Below the pieces are notes generated by a model that made no database searches, was not told the DNA's origin, and was given only the letters and a program-made list of their open reading frames with translations. Position numbers and translations under genes: made by a program. 15,742 nt of DNA from the NCBI GenBank assembly GCA_052168235.1, contig JBQLZK010000106.1, positions 1 through 15,742 of the forward strand. The letters are read 5' to 3'. This document shows positions 1 to 8,062 of this stretch, one piece after another. Source of the DNA: Thainema sp. Lineage in GTDB: Bacteria > Cyanobacteriota > Cyanobacteriia > Phormidesmidales > Phormidesmidaceae. Position 1 is the first letter of the stretch; every line of letters starts with the position of its first letter.

Positions 1-30
1 AGTTGCGCCACTGTCACAGGTGGTGCAACT
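1..30. repeat. Imperfect palindrome/hairpin, possibly the core of a small repeat element cut by the window edge
   Basis: AGTTGCGCCAC (1-11) pairs with GTGGTGCAACT (20-30), 10/11 matches, 8-nt loop. Confidence 0.65.
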
Positions 31-57
31 TGGCCTTAGTCTAAACTCCAGTCATTA

Positions 58-143
58 GACTTTATCGGAAATTGTTTTGTAGCGCGGCGGAGCCACGCTA
101 CAAAACAATTTCCAACCCCAAAAACTTTATTTCCAATAAAGTC
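58..143. mobile_element. 86-bp MITE-like element with 5-bp target-site duplication (TSD) and internal hairpin
   Basis: TIRs GACTTTATCGGAAAT (58-72) and ATTTCCAATAAAGTC (129-143), 14/15. Direct repeat CATTA at 53-57 and 144-148. Internal stem 67-88/92-113 (21/22) with loop GGA. Confidence 0.8.
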
Positions 144-178
144 CATTAGGTTAAGGACAGAAGGTTAGGACAGATAAT

Positions 179-212
179 TTTGAGAAGTCTTGCTCCTGCG
201 CAACTTCTCAAA
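179..212. repeat. Degenerate hairpin repeat
   Basis: TTTGAGAAGT (179-188) and ACTTCTCAAA (203-212) form a perfect 10-bp inverted repeat around a GC-rich centre. Confidence 0.55.
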
Positions 213-478
213 CACTATTTTCCTGGTTCTAAGCACGTAACTCTATACAGATAGATTTGCATCACTTTCAAACGCTATTATTAGCGCTGATTTTGGCAGC
301 CAACTTAACAGTTGATGATGGAATTTGGTATCTTGCCTTACATCCGGACATCCTCCCATAGGGATAGATTGAATACACTAACAAACACCCTTTCTGTATT
401 TTTTAGCAAGATGCTAGATCCGTTCAATATTTGATCTGGATTTGAGCTAGAATAGGCGGAGTGCATCTTTAATAGATG

Positions 479-609
479 TGTTAAGGTGATGTTGGTTAAG
501 ATTTCGGTAGAGTACGCTTGTTTCAATTTCAACTTTTCTCAGTTTCGAATTTCGTTTCAGGCTCATCTCCGTCTAACCGCTACATGATGTTTTTGAAGGA
601 GATGCCCTT
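479..609 (+). promoter_or_regulatory. Putative promoter and structured 5' leader of rbp
   Basis: Extended -10-like TGtTAAGGT (479-487). TTCGGTAG (503-510) and CTTGTTTCAATT (517-528) resemble conserved cyanobacterial rbp leader boxes. CATCTCC (564-570) is complementary to the SD region GGAGATG (598-604). Confidence 0.5.
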
Positions 610-912
610 ATGTCTGTATATGTAGGAAATTTGTCTTACGACGTAACCCAGGAAGATCTGACTCAGGTTTTTGCTGAGTACGGCACCGTTAAGCGTGTGA
701 CCGTTCCCACCGATCGCGAAACCGGTCGCCCTCGTGGATTCGCATTTGTAGAAATGGAATCCGAAGCTGAGGAAACCGCAGCGATTGACGAGCTAGACGG
801 CGCAGAATGGATGGGCCGCGACATGCGCGTCAATAAAGCGCGTCCTCGCAGCGAAAGTGGCAATGGTGGTGGCGGCAATCGCAATCGCAACTACAGCCGC
901 AGCTCTTTCTAA
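610..912 (+). CDS. rbpA: RRM RNA-binding protein with Gly/Arg/Asn-rich tail (cyanobacterial Rbp family)
   Basis: RNP2 VYVGNL, RNP1 RGFAFVEM, DGAEWMGR, tail GNGGGGNRNRN; SD AAGGAG upstream. The paralog letter is uncertain. Confidence 0.93.
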   Translation: MSVYVGNLSYDVTQEDLTQVFAEYGTVKRVTVPTDRETGRPRGFAFVEMESEAEETAAIDELDGAEWMGRDMRVNKARPRSESGNGGGGNRNRNYSRSSF

Positions 913-998
913 GACTGTTCCTAAATATCAAAGTGTGGTTTAGGCCATAGTTTGACCATTTACGAATTTGTCGCTTGGATTATCACTCGTAATGATTG

Positions 999-1022
999 GG
1001 GGCAGATGAATTCATCTGCCCC
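999..1022 (+). terminator. Intercistronic stem-loop (partial terminator or stabiliser) between rbp and rpsU
   Basis: Perfect 24-bp palindrome GGGGCAGATGAATTCATCTGCCCC followed by TTGCTTTG. Confidence 0.6.
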
Positions 1023-1045
1023 TTGCTTTGTGTAAGGAGGATCTT

Positions 1046-1231
1046 TTGGCTCAGGTTACTGTTGGTCAAGATGAAAAATTGGAGTCAGCACTGCGACGGT
1101 TTAAGCGAAAAGTATCGCGGGCCGGTATTTTTTCTGATATGAAAAAGAATCGCTATTTTGAAACCCCCCTGGAAAAAGATAAGCGCAAGGCTAGCTCCAG
1201 ACGGCGGCAGCGCCGAGGCCGCTCTCGTTAA
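1046..1231 (+). CDS. rpsU: 30S ribosomal protein S21
   Basis: [41 protein letters not shown] is the cyanobacterial S21 signature. SD AAGGAGG (1034-1040) places the start at TTG 1046 rather than 1028. Confidence 0.95.
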   Translation: MAQVTVGQDEKLESALRRFKRKVSRAGIFSDMKKNRYFETPLEKDKRKASSRRRQRRGRSR

Positions 1232-1255
1232 ATGAAACTTGTTAAGTAAAGTAAG

Positions 1256-1298
1256 AAATTGTGGGCCACACATCAATCATATGTGGCCCACAATTTTT
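1256..1298. terminator. Probably bidirectional intrinsic terminator between convergent rpsU and ftsI
   Basis: AAATTGTGGGCCACA (1256-1270) and TGTGGCCCACAATTT (1282-1296) form a 15-bp inverted repeat with a T-run to 1298. Confidence 0.8.
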
Positions 1299-1315
1299 CT
1301 ATGACTATCTACTTT

Positions 1316-3271
1316 CTAGTGGTTTGTCAACGTTGTTTGGGTGGGTTTTGCTGGTTGAGATGGGGGAATGCCTTCGATGGTGATCAGTGTCTCCATTGCG
1401 GATTTGACAAGCGGAGCGGCTACGGTTGAGCCGAAAGCATTATCTCCCTGCGGCTCATCGACCACAGCCAAGACGACATAACGAGGATTATCGACGGGGA
1501 TGATGCCGACAAAGCTGGTAATCTTGGCGTTTTCATAGTATCCGCCGTAAGGGCTAGCTTTTTGGGCTGTGCCCGTTTTACCCGCAATGCGGTAGCCAGG
1601 AATTTGAGCGGGTTTGCCCGTACCATCGCTGACAACGGTTTCCATCATGTTGACGACTGCGTCAGCCGTCTCGGGCGAGAAGATCGGTCGGATGGACGGG
1701 CGATTCGGTTGCCATTCGATATTGCCGCTGGGATCAACGAGACCTCGAACGATATGGGGCACTACCAGCTTGCCACCGTTGGCTAGTGCGCCGTGTAGTT
1801 GTAGGAGCTTAATCGGCGTGAGTGACAAACCTTGACCAAATGAGGCTGTAGCGGGTTCAATGCGCGATCCGACAAACTGTTCCCGATCTTTGATGACGGG
1901 GGGCACTTCGGAGGGTAGATCGGTGCCGATTAGCCGATTGAAGCCAGCCCAGGTTAGCCAGTCGTAGTACTCTTCTGGCGATAGTTGCTCCATGATATGA
2001 ACCATGCCGACGTTGCTGGAGTAGGTGAGTACGTCTTCGATGGTGATGGGACCGCGACCGCCGCGCGAGGAATAGTCAAAGTTTTCGATCGGCCATTCAC
2101 CAATTTGAATGCGGCCTTCGTCGTAAACCGTTTGATCCGCAGTGATGCCACCCGCTTCAAGTGCGATCGCAACATTAATCGGTTTAAAGGTTGATCCGGG
2201 TTCATAGAGATCAGAAACCACCCAACTGCGAAACAGATCGACATCGGCTTCATAGTATTGATTGGGATCATAGGTGGGGGACTGGGCCAAAGCGAGCAGC
2301 GAACCATCCCGCGCATCCATCACCATCACTGCGCCCCGCTTGGCTCCGTACTCACTGATTTGAGCCGATAGTTTTTCCTGAACGGCTCGCTGAAGCCGAC
2401 TATCGAGGGTCAGTTGAAGCCGCAGTCCGTCTTTGTGAATCAAGTCTTTGGGCACCTGAGTTGCCACCAAATCGCCCGCTCCAGTGCGGTTGAGCCAGCG
2501 ACCTGTGACGACCTGCTTGAGCTTCTCTTCATAGTCCAGTTCGAGTCCGGCTTGCCCATTGCCTTCTGTATCAACGTAGCCTGTCACACTGCCAAAAAGC
2601 TGGCCTTGGGGATACTCCCGCTGCTGACGGGGCAGGAGGTCTAATCCGTCTAAGCGTAGACCCCGAATTGCGGTAGCCTGAGTCTCTGACAAATCGCGAT
2701 CAATAATCAGCCCGGTTTCTCCTTCGCTAAAGGTATTGAGCAGCGCCTCCACGGGTTGCTTAATGACCGGACTCAGCGCTGTCGCCATCTCTTGCGGTGT
2801 GCCCGAGAACATCCGGGGATGAGCATAAAGCGTATAGAGTGGACTATCAATTGCGATCGCATTATTCATCCGATCCACAATTGGTCGTCGGGATACAGGT
2901 GGCTCTAGGAGCGTTTGCTGCTGCTCCAGCGCTCGCTGTTGGAGTATTTCTCCCTGCACCACTTGAATTCGCACCAGATTGATGAAGAGACCCGTTGCGC
3001 CCACCAGCAAAATGCCCCAAACGAGAAAGAGACGAAATTTGTGGGTGTAGGCCCAGGCGGGTAATCGTAAGCGGCCCAGCATTTTGAGCCAGTGCGATAA
3101 GGTACGCGATAACGTATGCGATAAAACAGATGCTCGATCAGATGTTCGACGCGGTGTTCCGCGACGCGATCGCACCGTCCGTCGAGTTGACGCTGAACGA
3201 ACAGAGTCGTGCCGAGCGCGATTTTGTCGAGTCGAGCGCGATCGCGCAGACCGCGAATGAGAAGTAGCCAT
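1316..3271 (-). CDS. ftsI: Class B penicillin-binding protein / peptidoglycan D,D-transpeptidase, FtsI family
   Basis: N-terminal TM helix, dimerisation-domain motifs (RRPIVDR, REYPQG, GQAGLE), catalytic motifs SxxK (STFK), SxN (SSN) and KTGTAQK. Long Arg/Ser-rich N-terminus; exact start uncertain. Confidence 0.93.
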   Translation of the reverse strand: MATSHSRSARSRSTRQNRARHDSVRSASTRRTVRSRRGTPRRTSDRASVLSHTLSRTLSHWLKMLGRLRLPAWAYTHKFRLFLVWGILLVGATGLFINLVRIQVVQGEILQQRALEQQQTLLEPPVSRRPIVDRMNNAIAIDSPLYTLYAHPRMFSGTPQEMATALSPVIKQPVEALLNTFSEGETGLIIDRDLSETQATAIRGLRLDGLDLLPRQQREYPQGQLFGSVTGYVDTEGNGQAGLELDYEEKLKQVVTGRWLNRTGAGDLVATQVPKDLIHKDGLRLQLTLDSRLQRAVQEKLSAQISEYGAKRGAVMVMDARDGSLLALAQSPTYDPNQYYEADVDLFRSWVVSDLYEPGSTFKPINVAIALEAGGITADQTVYDEGRIQIGEWPIENFDYSSRGGRGPITIEDVLTYSSNVGMVHIMEQLSPEEYYDWLTWAGFNRLIGTDLPSEVPPVIKDREQFVGSRIEPATASFGQGLSLTPIKLLQLHGALANGGKLVVPHIVRGLVDPSGNIEWQPNRPSIRPIFSPETADAVVNMMETVVSDGTGKPAQIPGYRIAGKTGTAQKASPYGGYYENAKITSFVGIIPVDNPRYVVLAVVDEPQGDNAFGSTVAAPLVKSAMETLITIEGIPPSQPAKPTQTTLTNH

Positions 3272-3279
3272 ACCTTGCT

Positions 3280-3978
3280 CTAGTATCCCAACGAGTTAGG
3301 CAACTGTGCCCGTGTTTCAGCAGGTTGTGGTTTCGATTGTGCTTTGGATTGGGGAATAAATGGTGTTTTGGATGTGGATTGGGCGGGTGAGGTTGATGAT
3401 TGATGGTTGGCCTCACCGGATGCCGTCGCGTTATCGGGGCTGGGTACGCTCTCCGTTTTAGACGGAGTAGCTTGATCTGCCATGCTCGCGGTGTCCAACG
3501 CGGCATGGGTGGCTGAGATGAGCGGGATGGTGGTGCTTGGCGTAGCGGGCTGCAAATTGGCGCTGGCAGCCTGCACGGTTGCTTGCTCTTTCAAGCCCTC
3601 AATCGCCGAGAGCATTTGCTCTTCACTGCGCTGAAGCTGGCTCAGCCGATCGTAGTTTTGCGACCAAACCTGCTGAGAATAAACTGTCCAGCCATATAGG
3701 CCCAATACGCTGACACCCAAGCCCCAAGCGGTAATTGTAGTTGCCTGCTGGATGATAAACAGTGCCTGTAGCCACTTGGGTTGCGATCGCGGGGTAGGGA
3801 ACGACTCAATGACCGCTGCTGATTGCCGTCTTCGACTGGGAGAGACACGAGTGGGAGTTGGCACAGCAGCAGGCTGAGCATTGCCTTGAAAGAGATTAGA
3901 CGGAACATCTGGAACAACGTGTAACGGAGATTGAGCCGACCGCAAATCTGAATATTGAGGCTTTGGGACAGCGGACAT
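3280..3978 (-). CDS. Bitopic membrane protein with coiled coil, FtsL-like, probably co-transcribed with ftsI
   Basis: Disordered N-terminus, one TM segment (ITAWGLGVSVLGLYGWTVY), heptad coil (YDRLSQLQRSEEQMLSAIEGLKEQA), Pro/Ser/Thr-rich tail; ends 8 nt before the ftsI ATG. Confidence 0.75.
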   Translation of the reverse strand: MSAVPKPQYSDLRSAQSPLHVVPDVPSNLFQGNAQPAAVPTPTRVSPSRRRQSAAVIESFPTPRSQPKWLQALFIIQQATTITAWGLGVSVLGLYGWTVYSQQVWSQNYDRLSQLQRSEEQMLSAIEGLKEQATVQAASANLQPATPSTTIPLISATHAALDTASMADQATPSKTESVPSPDNATASGEANHQSSTSPAQSTSKTPFIPQSKAQSKPQPAETRAQLPNSLGY

Positions 3979-4804
3979 AACGGGTACTCCTCACAAACGG
4001 TTCCGGATCGAACTAGACAAAAGACATTGGAAGATATGGGTGAATGCTGAATTGGTGTCTGCAACGACCTTGAAACAAGCGGCAGTCTAGCCAATTAATG
4101 CGTCAGGACGGGTCGGTACATGGGGAATGACCTGTAAATGCACGACTGTAAACGCACCAATTTATACCCTAAAGGAAATAAGTTAAAAAAACAGTAGGGA
4201 TAGGGAATGATGCACCGCTTTTTTGAGCATTTCTGCTTATGAACTTTTTATATGTACGAATATATGCCATAGCCGCAGGTAATGTTGGTGCAAATCGTTG
4301 GGCTAGTGGCGAGATCATAGCGGGCTCAAATATAAGCTCAGTGCAGGTCGGATTGCAAGCTGAAGCAGCATCGTAGGGAAGTATAAGTGCGATCGCAAAA
4401 TCAGCCTATATCAGAATCCAGTTCTGTAGTATTTTTTGACATTTTGCGCCCAACACTGCCGATCTTCATACTTTTCATATTCTCTGAACAGATTTTGGAT
4501 TGGGATTCTAACTAGAAACCATTGCAATATTTGATGAAGATGAATCTTGCTGAACCGGCTGTAGACATCTCGCTGCTCTACGGGGCTAGCAGCACAATCG
4601 CCATCGACTTGCCCTCTCACGTTGTCATCATAAATTGTCATCAATCGGTCATTTGTATCGTGACATCAACTGGGGAAGTCTAAACAAAAATTCTACAATC
4701 AAGAAAGAAGATCCCTAAAAAGTGTGCTTTAGAATACTGAATCTTATTAGATTTTGTATAGCCAGATTCTTTCACTCCGTAGCTGACCTCTATCCAGAAT
4801 TCTT

Positions 4805-6019
4805 ATGATTGCGACTGTTTCTCATAGTCTGTCGGTTGACCCATCTCGGATTCGACCTCAAATTCGCGCCCTGCAAGAGCAACTGGTCGCATGGCGGCGA
4901 CATCTGCACCAGTATCCAGAACTGAGCTTCCGTGAGCGGCTGACGGCAGACTTTATCGCGCAGAAGCTAACGGAATGGGGAATTGAGCATCAAACCCAAG
5001 TAGCAGAAACAGGGATTGTCGCCTGTATTCCGGGCCGTCAACCTGGTCCCGTGCTGGGGATTCGCGCTGATATGGATGCGTTGCCAATTCAAGAAGCTAA
5101 CCAGGTATCCTATCGGTCGTGTCATGACGGCATCATGCATGCCTGTGGCCACGATGGGCACGTGACGATTGCCTTGGGGACAGCCTACTACCTAAATCAG
5201 CATCGCGATGATTTTGCGGGGACGATCAAGATTATTTTTCAGCCCGCTGAGGAGGGGCCGGGGGGCGCAAAACCGATGGTCGAGGCGGGAGTGCTGCGTA
5301 ATCCAGATGTCGATGCCATTATCGGTCTGCATCTCTGGAATAACTTACCGCTGGGCACGGTGGGTGTACGCGATGGAGCCCTTATGGCAGCGGTAGAGCT
5401 GTTTGACTGCACCATTCAAGGCCGAGGCGGACATGGTGCGATTCCCCATCAAACAGTAGATTCAATTGTTGTCGGAGCGCAGATTGTGACTGCTCTGCAA
5501 ACGATTGTGGCTCGCAATGTCGATCCGCTCAAGTCCGGTGTCGTGACCGTGGGAGAATTCCATGCGGGCGGCGCAAACAACGTGATTGCCGATAGCGCTC
5601 ACATGACCGGGACAGTTCGCTACTTTGATCCCCAACTGGAGGGATTTTTTGGTCGCCGTATGGAAGAAGTGATTGCCGGAGTCTGCCAAGCTCACGGTGC
5701 AACCTACAAGCTGGATTATTGGCAGCTGTATCCATCGGTGGTGAATGATCGTGCGATCGCAGATCTGGTTCGCTCCGTCGCAGAAGCCGTGGTCGAAACA
5801 CCAGCAGGCGTTGTGCCAGAATGCCAAACGATGGGTGGCGAAGACATGTCGTTTTTCCTACGGGAAGTGCCTGGCTGCTACTTCTTCCTCGGTGCCGCAA
5901 ACCCTGAAAAAGGCTTAGCCTATCCCCACCATCATCCCCGCTTTGATTTTGATGAAACGGCACTGGGCATGGGCGTCGAGATGTTTGTTCGCTGTGTTGA
6001 GAAGTTTTGCTGTTCGTAG
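4805..6019 (+). CDS. M20D family amidohydrolase (N-acyl-L-amino acid amidohydrolase)
   Basis: Motifs RRHLHQYPEL, RADMDAL, MHACGHDGH, FQPAEEG, GRGGHGA, GGEDMS, HHHPRFD. Confidence 0.95.
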   Translation: MIATVSHSLSVDPSRIRPQIRALQEQLVAWRRHLHQYPELSFRERLTADFIAQKLTEWGIEHQTQVAETGIVACIPGRQPGPVLGIRADMDALPIQEANQVSYRSCHDGIMHACGHDGHVTIALGTAYYLNQHRDDFAGTIKIIFQPAEEGPGGAKPMVEAGVLRNPDVDAIIGLHLWNNLPLGTVGVRDGALMAAVELFDCTIQGRGGHGAIPHQTVDSIVVGAQIVTALQTIVARNVDPLKSGVVTVGEFHAGGANNVIADSAHMTGTVRYFDPQLEGFFGRRMEEVIAGVCQAHGATYKLDYWQLYPSVVNDRAIADLVRSVAEAVVETPAGVVPECQTMGGEDMSFFLREVPGCYFFLGAANPEKGLAYPHHHPRFDFDETALGMGVEMFVRCVEKFCCS

Positions 6020-6133
6020 ACCTCCTGCCACGTTACATTCCTGAAATAGTCGATACCGAACACTCGATTCAGCCAGTACACTCTAGGGCAGAAAGAGGGC
6101 ATATCCGGACAGTAAAAGGGGCCGTAAGCACGC

Positions 6134-6856
6134 ATGATTAGACGTCAGTGGTTAGTTGGAGTATTGGGTTTCGTAACTGCGATCGCAGTTAGCCTCGGAC
6201 TATTACAGGGACATTCGTCATCGACAGCGGTCGCTCAGTCCCCTGCACCTGCGCCCAGTCCGATTCCATCTCTCTCGGCACCGAGTCCAGCCGCTAGTCC
6301 TACGGCTCCAGCAGATCCGGCTGCGACTCCGGCTCCAACGGCAGCGCCTACCCCGTTACCTGTCCCAACGGAACCCGTTGTCGAACTGGAGTTTGAACCT
6401 TTGCCGTTGTCGGGCAACTACGAAGATGACAGTGGCTTATTCCAGGTGGGAATTCTGGAAGGGTTCACTGTGAGTCGGGCGGCTGCGGCTCCCTTGTTTG
6501 AGTCGGGTGATGGTCATATTGCTTATACCGTAGCCATTGCGCCAATTGACTTCAGCACCACTCCAACAGATTTATCGAATGAAGCTTTGGTCAGAGTGGC
6601 CGAGCGTGTTTTTGGTCGGGGCGAAGGGTTCCGGATTCAGTCGGTCGAGCCAACGGCTAACAACGGCACCTTAATGGAATGGCTTGGCAGTTTGACGGTG
6701 GGTGGTGCAACTCAGCCGATGCAGGGTTCGATCATTGCACAACAGGCGGGCAGCAATGTCGTGCTGCTCTTGATCGCAGCGACGGACACTGGCGCAGAAA
6801 CTTTAACATCTGTAACGGGCACCTTGGCAGAAAGTTTAGAAATCGCCCAGGGATAG
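6134..6856 (+). CDS. Secreted hypothetical protein with twin-arginine-like signal, Pro/Ala/Thr linker and C-terminal alpha/beta domain
   Basis: MIRRQWL plus hydrophobic stretch and AVA-Q cleavage site; PAPAPSPIP...PTAAPTP linker; 240-aa open frame. Confidence 0.8.
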   Translation: MIRRQWLVGVLGFVTAIAVSLGLLQGHSSSTAVAQSPAPAPSPIPSLSAPSPAASPTAPADPAATPAPTAAPTPLPVPTEPVVELEFEPLPLSGNYEDDSGLFQVGILEGFTVSRAAAAPLFESGDGHIAYTVAIAPIDFSTTPTDLSNEALVRVAERVFGRGEGFRIQSVEPTANNGTLMEWLGSLTVGGATQPMQGSIIAQQAGSNVVLLLIAATDTGAETLTSVTGTLAESLEIAQG

Positions 6857-6880
6857 AGGTTAATTATCAAATGATTTGTC

Positions 6881-6918
6881 AAAAGAGTTATGAGCATAAA
6901 GCACTCATGGCTCTTTTT
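6881..6918 (+). terminator. Intrinsic terminator after the 6134..6856 gene
   Basis: GAGTTATGAG/CTCATGGCTC stem with two G-U pairs, followed by TTTTT and preceded by AAAA. Confidence 0.6.
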
Positions 6919-6924
6919 ATTTAC

Positions 6925-7009
6925 TCTGTAAACTAAGTTTTGATGGTTGATATGCCGCGCAGAGCGCGGCATATCAACCATCAAAACCCATTAAAACAAA
7001 GTTGACAGA
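6925..7009. mobile_element. 85-bp MITE-like element with perfect 24-bp internal hairpin
   Basis: TIRs TCTGTAAACTAAGTTTT (6925-6941) and AAAACAAAGTTGACAGA (6993-7009), 14/17. Flanks TTAC/TTAA. Stem 6937-6960/6964-6987 is perfect, loop AGA. Confidence 0.75.
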
Positions 7010-7034
7010 TTAATTGTGTAGTAGGGGATAAGCG

Positions 7035-7640
7035 ATGTATCCGGATGATGAAATTCGCCACCTAATTGACCAGATGCCTGCGTCAGGGCGGATGAAGGTG
7101 AAAATTGTCAATGCTCCGGGACAGGCTCAGGTCACTCTGGCCGAGATGCCCAAGCCGTGGCAACCCCTCTGTCCGGTTGCAATCAACTTCAATCTGTGGA
7201 GCCAGCTTGACCGAGGCCAGCGTGATTTGATCTTTCTCCGCACCGTCTGCTGGGTAACGCAAACAAAACTGCTAAAGCCGGATCTCTATCAGGGGATGGC
7301 TGCTGCTGGATTAATAGGGTTTCTGTTTGAACTGGCTCAGACAGATGCGATCGGGATTTTGACGGCTGGGGGGTTAGTTGCGATCGCAGGTACGCAAATT
7401 TGGCGCAGCACCCGCAGTCCCAAAGCTGAAATTGAAGCCGATGAGGCGGGAATTTGGGTGGCTCTCCGACGCGGTTATGTGGAACCAGCGGCGGCCCAAG
7501 CGCTACTCACAGGCATTGAAGCCGTTGCCAGTCTAGAACGGCGTCCGCTCAGCTTTGCCGAACTCTTGCGCTGCCAAAATTTGAAGCGTTTGGCAGGTTT
7601 ATCGACGGTTGAAGTACCGGAAACAGCACGAGATTTATAG
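7035..7640 (+). CDS. DUF3318-type conserved cyanobacterial membrane protein
   Basis: EIRHLIDQMPASGRM, PKPW, QRDLIFLRTVCW, two hydrophobic segments, EADE, RRGY, ELLRCQNL; SD GGGG upstream. Confidence 0.82.
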   Translation: MYPDDEIRHLIDQMPASGRMKVKIVNAPGQAQVTLAEMPKPWQPLCPVAINFNLWSQLDRGQRDLIFLRTVCWVTQTKLLKPDLYQGMAAAGLIGFLFELAQTDAIGILTAGGLVAIAGTQIWRSTRSPKAEIEADEAGIWVALRRGYVEPAAAQALLTGIEAVASLERRPLSFAELLRCQNLKRLAGLSTVEVPETARDL

Positions 7641-7751
7641 TGCGATCGCGCTTTAGTTTCTTGTAATGCGATCGCAAATCTCGTGAATACGTTATCAACA
7701 AATATACGGTTTGTATTTTGCAAAACTGTAACCGATTACAGATGAGAATCC

Positions 7752-7796
7752 AAAAAGTTAATTGGCCGCTGCGATGCAGCGGCCAATTAACTTTTT
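7752..7796. repeat. Perfect 21-bp hairpin repeat with GC-NNN-GC tip, likely acting as bidirectional terminator
   Basis: AAAAAGTTAATTGGCCGCTGC-GAT-GCAGCGGCCAATTAACTTTTT, located between convergent genes with A5/T5 ends. Confidence 0.8.
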
Positions 7797-7828
7797 AGAC
7801 TTTAGTACAAGCTGAGAGGTAATCAAGC

Positions 7829-8062
7829 CTATCTAGGAAAGATGTGCTTTCTAGGGCCAAGACCAGGATTGAAAATAGCCGCGATCTCTTCATCAGATAA
7901 TTGGCTGAGCTGAGTCTCTAACTCTTCGACCGTAAAGTTATAGCCTCTGGCTGTAGCAAGCTGAATAAACGTTTGTGGATCGTTTAATGCTTTTTGCCGC
8001 TCTTGATTGGCATAGGCTTGCTGCATGTTTTTGTAGATTCGAGCTGCGTTTTGCTGAGCCAT
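7829..8062 (-). CDS. Nif11-like leader peptide family protein (77 aa)
   Basis: QERQKALNDPQTFIQLATARGYNFTVEEL...LSDEEIAAI matches the Nif11 leader pattern. SD AGGAGG lies 7 nt before the ATG at 8062. Confidence 0.82.
   Translation of the reverse strand: MAQQNAARIYKNMQQAYANQERQKALNDPQTFIQLATARGYNFTVEELETQLSQLSDEEIAAIFNPGLGPRKHIFPR

Noticed and set aside
338..532. 64-aa minus-strand ORF
   Set aside because: Overlaps the rbp promoter/leader, has a non-ATG start and no recognisable motif.
1028..1045. Longer rpsU start from the ORF track
   Set aside because: The segment contains the SD itself, and S21 homology begins at TTG 1046.
4132..4159. RpaB HLR1 site
   Set aside because: TTTACA half-sites are present on the minus strand but 14 bp apart rather than the 10-bp HLR1 period.
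4411..4644. 77-aa minus-strand ORF, or an ncRNA, in the long divergent intergenic region
   Set aside because: No SD, family motif or recognisable RNA structure; cannot be supported from sequence alone.
7725..7831. Possible TIR shell around the 7752-7796 hairpin
   Set aside because: Only GATTAC/GTAATC and scattered bases match and there is no TSD, so it is too weak to call a MITE.
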